Notes: generated by a model not told the origin, from the letters alone. A stretch of DNA of 64,000 nt from an uncultured delta proteobacterium (GCA_963769935.1 CAVYNY010000022.1:544001-608000), one strand, 5' to 3'. Numbered from the stretch's first letter, positions 18,571 to 29,837 are shown. Translations and numbers: made by a program.

Positions 18571-19959
18571 ATGAAAACTGAGAAAAAAAAGAATGCCAGA
18601 CTGTGGCTGATTATCATCGGGTGTGTGATCATCATCCTGCCCCTTGCATGGTTTTTAATGGTTCGCCTGGAAGGGCAGGAACCAGTTGTGGAAGTGGATC
18701 TGCTTTCGCCCTATCTGGGCCGCTCACAGGAGCTTACCGTATCCTTGTCCGATATCAAAAGCGGTTTGCGCAGTCTGTGGGTCGGGCTGCTGAAGGACGG
18801 CAAGGAGACCGTTCTGTACGATAAGGGGTTCCCTTCCGCCGGTGTGTTGAAAGGCGGAAGTGTCCATGAAACCTCGGTCAAAATACCGGTAGTACCCAAG
18901 GATTTGGGATTTTCCGACGGCAAGGCTACTCTGCGCATGGTGGTGCGGGATTATTCGTGGCGGGATTGGTGGAAGGGCAATAGAGCCTATGCCGAAAAAG
19001 AAGTCGTCATCGATACCCGGCCGCCCGGGATTGAAGTCTTGAGTCTCGCTCACAATATCAACCAGGGCGGGGCGGGTTTGGCGATTTTTCGCACCTCCGA
19101 GGATTGCTCCCAAAGCGGTGTGCAGGTCGGAGACAGATTTTACCCCGGCCATAAGGGTTATTTTAAAGATGGGCATGTCTATCTTGCGTTTTTTGCCCTC
19201 GGATACGACCAGGGGACCGATACCGCCATCCATATAATAGCCACCGACCTGGCCGGCAACCAGGGGCAGGGCGGTATGAATTATCACATCCGGCGTAAGG
19301 TTTTCAGAAAGGATCGCATTAACATAACCGATGATTTTATAAACAGCAAGCTGCCGGAATTTGCGGCCGAGATTCCGCAGGATGCAAAATTGTCGCCGGT
19401 GGAAAAATTTTTGACTATCAACCGGGATCTTCGAAAATCCAATTACCAGCAAATTGTCGAAGCCTGCCGCAATTCCAGTAACAAACTATATTGGCAGGGG
19501 GTGTTTTCAAGACTGCCGAATGCCGCCAGCCGGGCGCGATTTGCGGATCACCGCACCTATTTTTACAATGGAAAGGAAATTGACCGGCAGGTGCATCTGG
19601 GAATTGATCTGGCTTCGCTGGCCAACAGCCCGGTGCCGGTTGCCAATGCCGGCGTTGTTGTCCTGGCCCGCCCCCTGGGAATCTACGGCGGTACGGTGAT
19701 TGTCGATCACGGCTTCGATTTGTTCAGCATGTATTCGCATCTAAGTTTCATTGCTGTTAAACCGGGCGATCATTTAACCGCCGGCCAGATTCTGGGCCGC
19801 ACCGGCCACACGGGCCTGGCCGGCGGCGATCACCTGCATTTCAGCATGATCGTCCATGATACATTCGTCAATCCGGTGGAGTGGTGGGATGAACATTGGA
19901 TCCAAAACAATATCCTGTCAAAAATTGAGCAGGCCAAAAGCAGCCTAAAGCAGGAGTGA
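18571..19959 (+). CDS. M23 family metallopeptidase, membrane anchored
   Basis: HLGIDLA, YSHLS and HLHF; N-terminal TM helix. Confidence 0.92.
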   Translation: MKTEKKKNARLWLIIIGCVIIILPLAWFLMVRLEGQEPVVEVDLLSPYLGRSQELTVSLSDIKSGLRSLWVGLLKDGKETVLYDKGFPSAGVLKGGSVHETSVKIPVVPKDLGFSDGKATLRMVVRDYSWRDWWKGNRAYAEKEVVIDTRPPGIEVLSLAHNINQGGAGLAIFRTSEDCSQSGVQVGDRFYPGHKGYFKDGHVYLAFFALGYDQGTDTAIHIIATDLAGNQGQGGMNYHIRRKVFRKDRINITDDFINSKLPEFAAEIPQDAKLSPVEKFLTINRDLRKSNYQQIVEACRNSSNKLYWQGVFSRLPNAASRARFADHRTYFYNGKEIDRQVHLGIDLASLANSPVPVANAGVVVLARPLGIYGGTVIVDHGFDLFSMYSHLSFIAVKPGDHLTAGQILGRTGHTGLAGGDHLHFSMIVHDTFVNPVEWWDEHWIQNNILSKIEQAKSSLKQE

Positions 19960-19965
19960 CGGTGC

Positions 19966-21133
19966 ATGAAGAAGCACAAGGTCGGCAAAACGATCCAGCA
20001 AATCAATCAGAAAATAAAGTCCGGCGAGGTGGTCGTCGCCACGGCCGAAGAGATCATTGATATTGTCAAAAAAGAGGGACCCGTTGAAGCTGCGCGTCAG
20101 GTGGATGTGGTCACCACCGGGACCTTCGCTCCCATGTGTTCATCCGGCGCCTTTATCAATTTCGGTCATTCAACTCCCCCGATCAAAGCATCAAAGGTGT
20201 GGTTGAACAGGGTGCCTGCTTACGCCGGCGTCGCGGCGGTGGATTGCTATATCGGGGCGACGGAAGTCGCTGAAGACGATCCGTTGAACAAAGTATATCC
20301 CGGAGAATTTAACTACGGCGGAGGGCATGTCATTCAGGATCTGGCTGCCGGGAAAAAAGCTCCATCTTAAGGCCACGGCTTACGGGACCGACTGCTATCC
20401 CAACCGCCTGGTGGAAAAAGAAATTACACTGCGCACCCTGCCGCAGGCCACTCTATGCAATCCGAGAAACGGGTATCAGAACTATAACTGTGCCGTCAAT
20501 CTCACCAATAAAACCATTTACACCTACATGGGCGCTTTGAAACCCAGAGCAGGCAACGCCAATTACTGTTCGGCCGGTCAGTTGAGCCCTCTGTTCAATG
20601 ATCCGTATTATAAAACCATCGGTCTCGGCACACGGATTTTTTTAGGGGGCGGAGAAGGGTATGTGACCTGGCATGGAACCCAGCATAAGCCCTCCGCAAA
20701 AAGATCTCCCAAAGGGATTCCTCTGACACCGGCCGGAACTCTGTTCCTTATGGGGGATCTAAAACAGATGAGTCCGCAGTGGCTGGTCGGGGTCAGTATT
20801 CAGGGGTACGGATGCTCATTGGCAGTCGGTTTGGGAATCCCGATTCCGCTGTTGAATGAAGAAATCGCGGCTTACACAGCCGTGTCCGATGACGAGATTT
20901 TCACTCAAATCATCGATTATGGCAGTGACTATCCCAAGGGCATCTCCAAAAGCTACGGTCAGGTGAGCTACGCTGAACTCAAAAGCGGCTGGATAAATAT
21001 CAAGGGCCAGAAAGTCCCAACAGTTCCTCTGTCCAGTCTGGTAAAGGCCCGTGAGATTGCAGATATTCTGAAAAAAAGGATTTCCGAGGGAAAGTTCCTG
21101 CTGGGAGAACCGCAGTTCACGCTGCCGAACTAA
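19966..21133 (+). CDS. Homocysteine biosynthesis protein (DUF39; aspartate-semialdehyde sulfurtransferase type), split by a +1 frameshift at ~20353-20360
   Basis: VDVVTTGTFAPMCSSG, YGGGHVI, TDCYP and NPRNGYQNY; the two ORFs join at an A6 run. Confidence 0.85.
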
Positions 21134-21296
21134 TTACTCCGCCCTCAAGAACAGCATATGCGGGATGAAATTTGCTCTTCTTTGACAATTGAAGAAAGTT
21201 GCCAGATCGGAGGTCCGGCGGATTAATTATTTAATGCTGCGCATTGTTTTATTCTAAAATTGAAAAGCCTGGTCCGCTGGGTAGGACTATTTACTT

Positions 21297-21875
21297 ATGT
21301 TGCAGACCTTACGATCCTTTATCGCGATTGAATTGCCGGAAGCGGTCGGTTCCCTGCTGGAAAAGGTCCAGCAGGATCTTAGGGCCTTGCACCTTAAGGC
21401 CGGATGGGTGCGGCCCCAAAACATCCATCTGACCCTCAAGTTTTTGGGCAATATCAAGACCGATGACATCGATAATATCGGCGTGGCCATGAAGGCCGCT
21501 GCAGAAGAATTCGAGCCGTTTACCCTGACCGTCGGCGGGATCGGCTTTTTCCCGGGCATCAAGCGACCCCGGGTCATCTGGGTCGGCGTCGGCGGACAAA
21601 CGCAGAACCTTTTCGCTTTGCAGCGCAGTCTGGAAGACCGGCTGGCCGCGGCCGACTTCCCGAAGGAGAAACGATCATTCAAAGGACATTTAACGCTGGG
21701 GCGCTTCAGGGACGGGCCGGATCCCGCTGTGATCCGCCGGATCATTCAGGAATACACGGATTTCGGCAAAGAAGAATTCCAGACCCGGCGGATCGTGTTG
21801 TTTAAAAGTGATTTGAAGCCTTCGGGGACGGTTTATTCACAGCTGCTGCAGGCCGGTCTGAAAAATGAATATTGA
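21297..21875 (+). CDS. thpR: RNA 2',3'-cyclic phosphodiesterase
   Basis: Two HxT motifs (HLTLKFLG, HLTLGR); upstream of recA. Confidence 0.92.
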   Translation: MLQTLRSFIAIELPEAVGSLLEKVQQDLRALHLKAGWVRPQNIHLTLKFLGNIKTDDIDNIGVAMKAAAEEFEPFTLTVGGIGFFPGIKRPRVIWVGVGGQTQNLFALQRSLEDRLAAADFPKEKRSFKGHLTLGRFRDGPDPAVIRRIIQEYTDFGKEEFQTRRIVLFKSDLKPSGTVYSQLLQAGLKNEY

Positions 21876-22000
21876 AAACTGTATATTGTATATTTGAGGA
21901 ATTCGCTGTGCTCAGTTTTTTTTTAAAATTCGATTTGATGGCATACCTTAATTCGTCATTCGTCATTCGTCATTAGACATTTCCTATGGGAGGAGAAAAT

Positions 22001-23032
22001 ATGTCTACTTCAGCAGATAAAGAAAAGGCCTTGGAATCAGCTCTGGCTCAGGTGGAGCGCCAATTCGGCAAAGGGGCCATCATGAAACTGGGCAGCAAGG
22101 AGGTAATGGAAGTGCCGGTAATCTCTACCACTTCCCTGTCCCTGGATAAAGCGTTGGGTATCGGAGGATTGCCCCGGGGCCGGGTGGTGGAAGTTTTCGG
22201 GCCGGAAGCCTCCGGTAAAACAACTCTGGCGCTGCATGCCGTGGCGGAAGCTCAGCGAAAGGGGGGTATTGCGGCCTTTATTGATGCCGAGCATGCCCTT
22301 GACGTCGCTTATGCCAGAAGACTGGGCGTCAATTGCGATGAACTGCTGGTATCGCAGCCCGATACCGGTGAACAGGCCCTCGAGATTACCGACATGCTGG
22401 TGCGAAGCGGGGCTATGGATGTCATCGTAATCGATTCGGTGGCGGCACTGGTTCCGCGGGCTGAAATAGAAGGTGAGATGGGGGATTCACACATGGGACT
22501 GCAGGCCAGACTGATGTCTCAGGCCCTCAGAAAATTAACCGGTTCCATCGGTAAAACCATGACAACCGTCATCTTCATTAACCAGATCCGCATGAAAATC
22601 GGCGTTGTTTTCGGTAACCCGGAAACCACGACGGGCGGCAATGCCCTGAAATTTTACGCGTCGGTCAGACTCGACATTCGACGGACCGGGTCCATCAAGG
22701 ACGGTCAGGAAGTCGTAGGAAACCGAACCCGGGTGCGAGTGGTCAAAAACAAGATGGCACCGCCGTTTACCGAAGCGGAATTCGACATTACTTACGGTGA
22801 AGGAATTTCAAGAACCGGCGATCTGGTGGATGTGGGAGTAGATGCCGGCATCATTGACAAGAGCGGTTCCTGGTATTCCTACAACGGAGAACGCATCGGC
22901 CAGGGACGGGAGAATGTTAAACGATTTCTTTCGGAAAACCGGGATATTTACGACAGCCTTTATCAAAAAGCCAGAGAGGCCCTGGGGTTTGTAAAAAAAG
23001 AGCCCGAAGCGGCTGTGGCAGAGGCTAAGTGA
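22001..23032 (+). CDS. recA: Recombinase RecA
   Basis: [15 protein letters not shown] and [16 protein letters not shown]. Confidence 0.98.
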   Translation: MSTSADKEKALESALAQVERQFGKGAIMKLGSKEVMEVPVISTTSLSLDKALGIGGLPRGRVVEVFGPEASGKTTLALHAVAEAQRKGGIAAFIDAEHALDVAYARRLGVNCDELLVSQPDTGEQALEITDMLVRSGAMDVIVIDSVAALVPRAEIEGEMGDSHMGLQARLMSQALRKLTGSIGKTMTTVIFINQIRMKIGVVFGNPETTTGGNALKFYASVRLDIRRTGSIKDGQEVVGNRTRVRVVKNKMAPPFTEAEFDITYGEGISRTGDLVDVGVDAGIIDKSGSWYSYNGERIGQGRENVKRFLSENRDIYDSLYQKAREALGFVKKEPEAAVAEAK

Positions 23033-23320
23033 TGAAAGACAGAGGACAGAAGTTATGAAGCGAAGAAGCTAAGAAGCTGAGCGGCTGGGAACGGCGCACG
23101 GCCCACGGCACAAGGCGCAAGGCAAAAATAACGAAGGCGGGGAGGTGTGTAGCACCTTACACCTTACACCTTACACCTAATACCTTATACCGTGCACCGT
23201 GAGCCTTGATCCGAACGCCCTGCGCCGTATTCTATCAACTATCAACAATGAACTATCAACCGTATAAACTCAACAAACACAACAAACTCAACGAACACAA
23301 TATACTCAATAAACACGCTA
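23033..23320. repeat. Stack of 7/8/9-nt tandem repeats
   Basis: GACAGAG, GAAGCTAA, GGCGCAC/GGCACAA, CCTTACA x4-5, ACTATCA and AACTCAACA units in series. Confidence 0.85.
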
Positions 23321-23341
23321 CAGCGCGCAACGGAGCTTTTA

Positions 23342-25990
23342 ATGACAGGCAACGACACCCGCCGAGAATTTCTGGAATATTTTCAAAAACACAACCATCA
23401 GATTGTGCGAAGCTCTTCCCTCGTTCCCCAGGAAGACCCCACGCTGCTTTTCATCAACGCCGGGATGGTGCAGTTTAAGCGCGTTTTTCTGGGCGAAGAC
23501 AAAAGGGGCTATGTGCGGGCTACCACCTCACAGAAATGTGTGCGGGCCGGCGGCAAGCACAATGATCTGGAGAATGTCGGCTATACGGCCCGCCACCATA
23601 CTTTTTTCGAAATGCTGGGCAATTTTTCATTTGGCGATTATTTCAAAGCGGGCGCCATCGAGTTTGCCTGGGACCTTTTGACCAACGGGTATGGCCTGCC
23701 GGCGGACAAGCTGTGGGCCTCGGTTTACCTTGACGACGACGACGCCTATGATCTCTGGCACAAAACCGTCGGTCTGCCGCAAGATCGTATCGTAAGACTC
23801 GGGGAAAAGGATAATTTCTGGTCCATGGGGGATACGGGCCCCTGCGGACCCTGTTCGGAAATTCTGATCGACCGCGGTGAACAATTCGGCTGCGGCCGGC
23901 CGGAATGTACCGCCGGCTGTGAGTGTGACCGGTATCTGGAAATCTGGAACCTGGTTTTCATGCAGTTCAACCGTGATGAAGCCGGCAATCTGACGCCCCT
24001 GCCCAAGCCCAGCATTGATACAGGTATGGGGCTGGAACGGATCGTATCCATCATTCAGGATGTGCCCACCAATTTTGACACGGACCTCATCCGGCCCCTC
24101 ATTGAAAAAACCGAAAGCCTGGCTGAAAAAAATATGGCAGAATCCCGTGAGACCGAGGTGGCCATGAAAGTTATCGCCGACCACAGCCGGGCCGCCGCTT
24201 TTCTCATCGGTGACGGCATCCTGCCATCCAACGAAGGTCGGGGATATGTTCTGCGGCGCATCATGCGTCGGGCCATCCGTTTCGGGCGCAACATCGGGCT
24301 GCACAAGCCGTTTCTGTTTCAAACCGCCGAAGTCGTCTTTGATATCATGAAACAACCGTATCCCGAGCTTCACGATGCCGCCGCCTTTATCACCAATGTG
24401 ATAAAAAATGAGGAGATTCGGTTTCTGGAAACCCTGGATACGGGCATGAAATTATTAAATGACACTCTGTCCGAGATTAAAGCCCGCGGCCGGGACGAAG
24501 TGCCCGGTGAGGTCATCTTCAAACTGTACGACACATACGGGTTTCCGGTGGATATTGTGCAGGATGTCGTGCGGGATGAAGACATGCGTCTGGATATGGC
24601 CGGATTCAACCAAGCCATGGACCGGCAACGGGCGCGATCGCGATCGGTGGCGACGTTCGACCATATCAGCGAGGCCTATAAAAACCTTTCAGCCAAGGGT
24701 GCCAAGCCCGAGTTTGTGGGCTACGATTCCTTGACGGCCGAATCCACCATACTGGTGATCGTGGCCGATGGTGAAGAAATCACCGAAGCTTCCGAAGGCC
24801 GGCAGATTGAAGTCGTAACCGAAATTACTCCGTTTTATGCCGAGTCCGGCGGACAGGTCGGCGATACCGGAACCATAACCGCATCCGATGGCGAGATGCA
24901 GGTGCTCGACACGGTTAAAGATCCCACCGGGCTTATTATTCACAAATGCAGGGTTCTGGCGGGACGGGTCCGCAAAGGCCAGGCGGTCTCCTTAAAGGTG
25001 GACGGAACCAAGCGGCAGGCTACGGCCCTGAATCACACGGCCACTCATATTCTGCATGCAGCGTTGCGCCGGGTATTAGGCGACCATGTTAAACAGGCCG
25101 GCTCGCTGGTGGCGCCCGACCGGCTGCGGTTTGATTTCACGCATTTCTCCCACGTTGAGCCGGATACGGTGAACGCCATCGAAAGACTTGTCAATCAGCG
25201 CATCCGCGAAAACGTTTCCACCTCCACAGTGGAAATGGATGCCGAAGATGCTTTCAAATCCGGTGCCACCGCCCTTTTTGAAGAAAAATACGGCGATCGC
25301 GTTCGGGTTGTTTCATTGCCCGACTTCAGCAAAGAACTCTGCGGCGGGACCCATACCGATCGTACCGGCAACATCGGGCTTTTTATAATTGTAAGTGAAT
25401 CCAGCGTGGCATCCGGGGTCAGAAGAATTGAAGCCCTGACCGGCGAAGCTGCGCTGGCTTACAGCCAGCAGAATGCTAGGATTCTGCTGGAAACCGCCCA
25501 CCTGATTAAGGAGCAGACGTCCGGCATCCCCCGCCGGGTCAGGAAAATGCTGTCGGATATCAAAGCCTATGAAAAAGAGATCGCAGGGTTAAAAACCAGG
25601 CTGGCTTCCGACGACAGGGACACCGCGCCGGATGCCGTAAAATCAGTAAACGGCGTTAAGGTCGTGGCCAAAAGTGTGGCCGTGGATACGCCGGCGGCCC
25701 TGAGAAATCTGGCCGATCAGTGGAAGGATAAGATCAAATCGGGTATTGTTGTTCTGGGAAGCAAATCCGATGCGAAAGCCATGCTGATCGTTGTGGTCAC
25801 GCGGGATCTGACCAATAAATATCATGCCGGTAATATCGTTAAACAACTGGCGGCCGTGGTCGGCGGCAGCGGCGGAGGCAGGCCGGATATGGCCCAGGCC
25901 GGCGGAAACAAACCGGAAAATCTGGATCAGGCGCTGGAAAAGGTCTATGAGGTGGTCTCAGGAATGTCGAATGACAAACCTTTGGAATGA
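23342..25990 (+). CDS. alaS: Alanine--tRNA ligase
   Basis: NAGMVQFK, HHTFFEMLGNFSFGDYFK, HTATH, ELCGGTH and GGGGRPDMAQAGG. Confidence 0.98.
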   Translation: MTGNDTRREFLEYFQKHNHQIVRSSSLVPQEDPTLLFINAGMVQFKRVFLGEDKRGYVRATTSQKCVRAGGKHNDLENVGYTARHHTFFEMLGNFSFGDYFKAGAIEFAWDLLTNGYGLPADKLWASVYLDDDDAYDLWHKTVGLPQDRIVRLGEKDNFWSMGDTGPCGPCSEILIDRGEQFGCGRPECTAGCECDRYLEIWNLVFMQFNRDEAGNLTPLPKPSIDTGMGLERIVSIIQDVPTNFDTDLIRPLIEKTESLAEKNMAESRETEVAMKVIADHSRAAAFLIGDGILPSNEGRGYVLRRIMRRAIRFGRNIGLHKPFLFQTAEVVFDIMKQPYPELHDAAAFITNVIKNEEIRFLETLDTGMKLLNDTLSEIKARGRDEVPGEVIFKLYDTYGFPVDIVQDVVRDEDMRLDMAGFNQAMDRQRARSRSVATFDHISEAYKNLSAKGAKPEFVGYDSLTAESTILVIVADGEEITEASEGRQIEVVTEITPFYAESGGQVGDTGTITASDGEMQVLDTVKDPTGLIIHKCRVLAGRVRKGQAVSLKVDGTKRQATALNHTATHILHAALRRVLGDHVKQAGSLVAPDRLRFDFTHFSHVEPDTVNAIERLVNQRIRENVSTSTVEMDAEDAFKSGATALFEEKYGDRVRVVSLPDFSKELCGGTHTDRTGNIGLFIIVSESSVASGVRRIEALTGEAALAYSQQNARILLETAHLIKEQTSGIPRRVRKMLSDIKAYEKEIAGLKTRLASDDRDTAPDAVKSVNGVKVVAKSVAVDTPAALRNLADQWKDKIKSGIVVLGSKSDAKAMLIVVVTRDLTNKYHAGNIVKQLAAVVGGSGGGRPDMAQAGGNKPENLDQALEKVYEVVSGMSNDKPLE

Positions 25991-26145
25991 CGAATGACGA
26001 TTGACGAATGAATAATAAAGGAATTCTGTCGTTTTATATTGGAACTATTGCTATGAAGAAAGGTAGAGCGACACGCGGCGCAAGCGCCTGCGCTGCGCGA
26101 GCGACTTCCACCATTCATCATTTGCCATTCGTCATTCGACATTCC
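25971..26145. repeat. Inverted GAATGAC/GTCATTC heptamer arms enclosing a REP-like GC palindrome
   Basis: The arms overlap both convergent stop codons; the core at 26071-26099 is identical to 38298-38326. Confidence 0.8.
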
Positions 26146-28678
26146 TAGTGCGGATCTCATTCTTGGCTGATTCGATCCAGCCGAGCGTTCGTCGGACCTG
26201 CGCGGCGTGGCGCGGCTCTTCCGACAGATCGGTAAACAACTTTTGTCGCTTGCCGATTTCGTCCAGCAGGACGAGATCCTCCTGCTGACCGATGCGCCCC
26301 AAGGTTCGAAATAAAACGGTCAAATGTTGCAGGAGACCTGGTATATATTGCCGGCTGGCCCCGAGTTGGTAGACTTTGGCGGCCGGATCGCCATAATCGT
26401 TGAGGGCGCCCCGGATCACGGCAGCAGCCGTTTTGCCGCCGATGAGTGCCAGAAACATATGCACCTCGCGTTCAAGCGCCAGCAAAAATCGAATCGGAAA
26501 CGAATTTTCATCCGATCCGTCCAGTTCAAACGACGTTAAAAGCTTTTTACGGATGGTAATAACCTTTTCGATAAATTTCTTTTGCTCGCCGTTCACCTTC
26601 CATGCGGCGTAGTGGGTTACGCTTTTATCCAGTCCGACCTGCACCCGCAGAACTTCTTCCGGCGTGATTTCGATATCCATGTTGAGCTCTTGGTTGTAGG
26701 TGCGCAGGAATTGGGTCGCCAGCATCATCGCATTGCGGTCCGGATAGGTTACCCCGGCGGGATCGAGTAGAAAGTCGGAAATCAGGGTCTTGATTGCCTG
26801 CTTGGGTTGCTGAATTTCTTTTAACAACAGCTGCAGCGAATTTAGAAACGGCAGACGATTACTGCGCCGCGGTGTTTCTCTCAGAAATTCCCACAATATA
26901 TCAAATATCCGCTTTGGGTAGCGGGCAAATTCGGAAATGTTTTTCTCGAATAGGGCCCTTTGGAAGTTTCCCTGGCGATCAAAACACAGTTTAAAGATTT
27001 TGGTGATCTCTTCCGCTTCCTTATTCGGAATGTTAAAGGCCTTGGACAAGCGGTCGACATCCTGGGCTGTGAATTCCGCATCCGGCCGGAAGGCAGCCCT
27101 TGCTTTTTTTCTCGTATTGGATCGCTCTTTGGATGATTCGATGATGTTTACGAGATTCTCATTCGCCTTGCCGATGATTTTTTCGTCTTCTCCATCCCAG
27201 ATCTTGATTTCATCATCCTGCACTACCAGATCTTCAAGAACTTCGGCCGGTATCTGATCTACCCCGGTCTGGATTTTCTTAATGACCTGCTGTGCAAACT
27301 CTTTGCTGCCACTTTTCTGCAAAGACGACAAAAGATCGGTAAGCAGATGGAGTCGATCTTCCAGGCCTTCCATTTCCAGCTGGCTGTAATCATTGCTGAA
27401 AATGGTGTGCATGACCCGTGCACCGGTTTCAGGAGAGCCGCTGTAGGTGTCCTTCACGAATCTGGCGATACTCGCTTTCAGGACTGTCGGATCCGTTGCC
27501 CCGGTGGGGCGAGGGTCAATACCGCCGCCTTCGCCATTGACCACGCCGACGCCCTGGCCGGCGTCCCCGTCAGAAACAACGCCGGCAGCAAGGCCGCCTC
27601 CGTCATCAGCTACAAGTCCGGTGCCCTGGTTGCCGGCCCCGTAAGCTGCAAGCCCGCTGCCTTGGCTGCCGCCCCGCTCAAGTGCAACGCCGGCGCCCTG
27701 GCCACCACTCCCGCCCTGGTCCACGCCGGTTGCCCGGCCGGCGGCGGATGGTCCGCCGCGTCCACCCCGGCCGCTGCCGATGCTTGCAGCACCTGTTTGG
27801 GCAGCACCCGTCTGAGAGGGTCTTTCGCTGTTGACCTCGATCGGAGGCCTCGCCAGTTTCTGGCGCAGGCTTTTGATATTGAAAATAGTTTTATAAACAT
27901 TGCCACTTCGCAGACCGGTTGGGGCCAAATCCGGCCGGTTCCTCAGGGTCGAGACTTTTTGAACCATTTCCTGCATGCTAGCCGGACCGATGTCATTTAA
28001 GGCGGCCAACATGGTCAGATTGGGATCCGGTTGTTGATATTCATTTAAAATCGCCGTTATGGTGCGCTTGCCGGCGCCGGTGGCAATTTCAATGGGGGCG
28101 TCATCTGAGACCGCTTTCTTGTACCGGGAGATGATGCGCAGGCAAATATGCATTCTTTCCAGTTCGGCATCGGATGAACCTGGAATTTTAATAGAAATCG
28201 TTTCGATACCCTGGGTTGAAAGCACTTCAAAGGCTTTAATCAATCGCCCCTCTATATGTTTGAGTCGGATTCCCATGCGCTTGATGACGGCAGCGGTGGC
28301 AGCGGCATCCACATTCAGATCGCCGAAGCGAATGACATAATCGGCCTTCGAAGACACTTTGGCGCTATGGGAACCGCGGTAAAGTATTCTGACAAGACCG
28401 TCGTGGCCGGGCATCTGATTGAGGTCGCGCAGAATATTGACGAGATTTTTGAAGGTGTCTTTCTCCGCCTTGACGCCTTCCCAATAGTGTGCGTCGCGAA
28501 ACGAGGCGTTGAGCAGGTAAACCAGATCGACTAAAAGAATACGCCATTGATCCTTTTTTTCCGTCGATGGCAGATTCACACCGGTTTGGTTGACGGGTTT
28601 CACCACGGCCGGCGTTGCCCCCGCACCAGACCCCAAGCCGCCCAGTTCTTCAAGAAGTTGATCAGTTGAATCGTTCAT
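26132..28678 (-). CDS. Hypothetical 848-aa protein with a central Gly-rich repetitive linker
   Basis: Long ORF with natural-looking composition; no family recognised. Confidence 0.8.
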   Translation of the reverse strand: MNDSTDQLLEELGGLGSGAGATPAVVKPVNQTGVNLPSTEKKDQWRILLVDLVYLLNASFRDAHYWEGVKAEKDTFKNLVNILRDLNQMPGHDGLVRILYRGSHSAKVSSKADYVIRFGDLNVDAAATAAVIKRMGIRLKHIEGRLIKAFEVLSTQGIETISIKIPGSSDAELERMHICLRIISRYKKAVSDDAPIEIATGAGKRTITAILNEYQQPDPNLTMLAALNDIGPASMQEMVQKVSTLRNRPDLAPTGLRSGNVYKTIFNIKSLRQKLARPPIEVNSERPSQTGAAQTGAASIGSGRGGRGGPSAAGRATGVDQGGSGGQGAGVALERGGSQGSGLAAYGAGNQGTGLVADDGGGLAAGVVSDGDAGQGVGVVNGEGGGIDPRPTGATDPTVLKASIARFVKDTYSGSPETGARVMHTIFSNDYSQLEMEGLEDRLHLLTDLLSSLQKSGSKEFAQQVIKKIQTGVDQIPAEVLEDLVVQDDEIKIWDGEDEKIIGKANENLVNIIESSKERSNTRKKARAAFRPDAEFTAQDVDRLSKAFNIPNKEAEEITKIFKLCFDRQGNFQRALFEKNISEFARYPKRIFDILWEFLRETPRRSNRLPFLNSLQLLLKEIQQPKQAIKTLISDFLLDPAGVTYPDRNAMMLATQFLRTYNQELNMDIEITPEEVLRVQVGLDKSVTHYAAWKVNGEQKKFIEKVITIRKKLLTSFELDGSDENSFPIRFLLALEREVHMFLALIGGKTAAAVIRGALNDYGDPAAKVYQLGASRQYIPGLLQHLTVLFRTLGRIGQQEDLVLLDEIGKRQKLFTDLSEEPRHAAQVRRTLGWIESAKNEIRTRNVE

Positions 28679-28930
28679 CCGGAGCCCAATCCATTTTGTA
28701 AAATTTCAGGCCTAAATTTGGCGTCTTTATTTACCTGCTCAAGATTTCATTACCCCGGAAGCCGCTTGGAGTGCTTTAAAACATTTTGTCCTACAATCGC
28801 AGTGGGTTTTGAAACCATCCCGGCTACAATAAGCATAGTTGAATATAGCCCCAGTGTCAATCACGCAGGATAATATAGCTCAGGCAGTTTCGCCTAAGAT
28901 CTTGATAAATAAGAATTCCTGGAAATGAAT

Positions 28931-29761
28931 TTACCTGCCTTTCAACACATCGATCATGGTAAAAACTTTGCCCCGGGCACCTGCTTTTACTTTCTCGAAG
29001 AGAAATAAAAGGGCATTCAGCGTGCCCCGGGCATAAATTTCGCGGCCGTTGATGTTGTGGGTGAATTCGAATCGAACCGTTTTGTCTTCTGAAACGAGGG
29101 TATAGGTATGCCAGCCATGGCCGGATAGATACGTTTGGCCTATGCCCAATTGTTTTTTTTGAATTTCGGGATCCCGGATTTTGATGATTTCATCCTCGGA
29201 AAATGACACGCCCAGTTGATTGAAATACCCGACCATGGCTTTGGCCGTGCCGCTGGTGTCGGCCTTGCCCTTTTGATGGCTCTCTTTGATTTCGAGGGTG
29301 TAGCCCTTAAATAAATCCGGAAATGACTCGGCCGCATATTCCATCATGGCTTGAAATCCGACAATCTGCGTGGCCATGTTGGGTGCCACAACGGCCGCAA
29401 TTGTCGATGATGTTATGGTTTCTGCAAGTTTTTGGCGATCCCCGCCGGTGGTGCCCATGACAAACGGCAATTCGGCGCGGCAATAAAATTCGGCATTAAG
29501 GTTGACCGCCGCGGGGTGGGTGAAGTCCACGCTCAGAAACGGACCGTGGTTTTGCTTAATATAATCGATGCGGGACGTTTTTTCTGCCGGCCTGATGAGC
29601 TCCACCGAATCCGATCCAATCGTGCATTCGGATTCCGTTATCTCCGGCCCGGTCAAAGAATAGGCAAGCAATTCAAATTGCGGGTCCTTTTGAATGTGAA
29701 GGGCCACAGTCCGGGCCACGTTTCCCGGCAGACCGTTGACCATGACGTTGATGGGGTTCAT
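28931..29761 (-). CDS. dapB: 4-hydroxy-tetrahydrodipicolinate reductase (plant-like subtype)
   Basis: VMGTTGG, ESHQKGKADTSGTA and GHGWHTY; GAGGAGG RBS. Confidence 0.9.
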   Translation of the reverse strand: MNPINVMVNGLPGNVARTVALHIQKDPQFELLAYSLTGPEITESECTIGSDSVELIRPAEKTSRIDYIKQNHGPFLSVDFTHPAAVNLNAEFYCRAELPFVMGTTGGDRQKLAETITSSTIAAVVAPNMATQIVGFQAMMEYAAESFPDLFKGYTLEIKESHQKGKADTSGTAKAMVGYFNQLGVSFSEDEIIKIRDPEIQKKQLGIGQTYLSGHGWHTYTLVSEDKTVRFEFTHNINGREIYARGTLNALLFLFEKVKAGARGKVFTMIDVLKGR

Positions 29762-29837
29762 GTGATACCTCCTCACTTATTATTTATTAAAATTAAAGCA
29801 GCAAGTTTTACATAAATCCGGGTAAAGCGGAAAAAAA

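Noticed and set aside
20345..20370. Programmed -1 frameshift at AAAAAAG in the DUF39 gene
   Set aside because: The shift needed is +1, not -1; an indel error or mutation is more likely.
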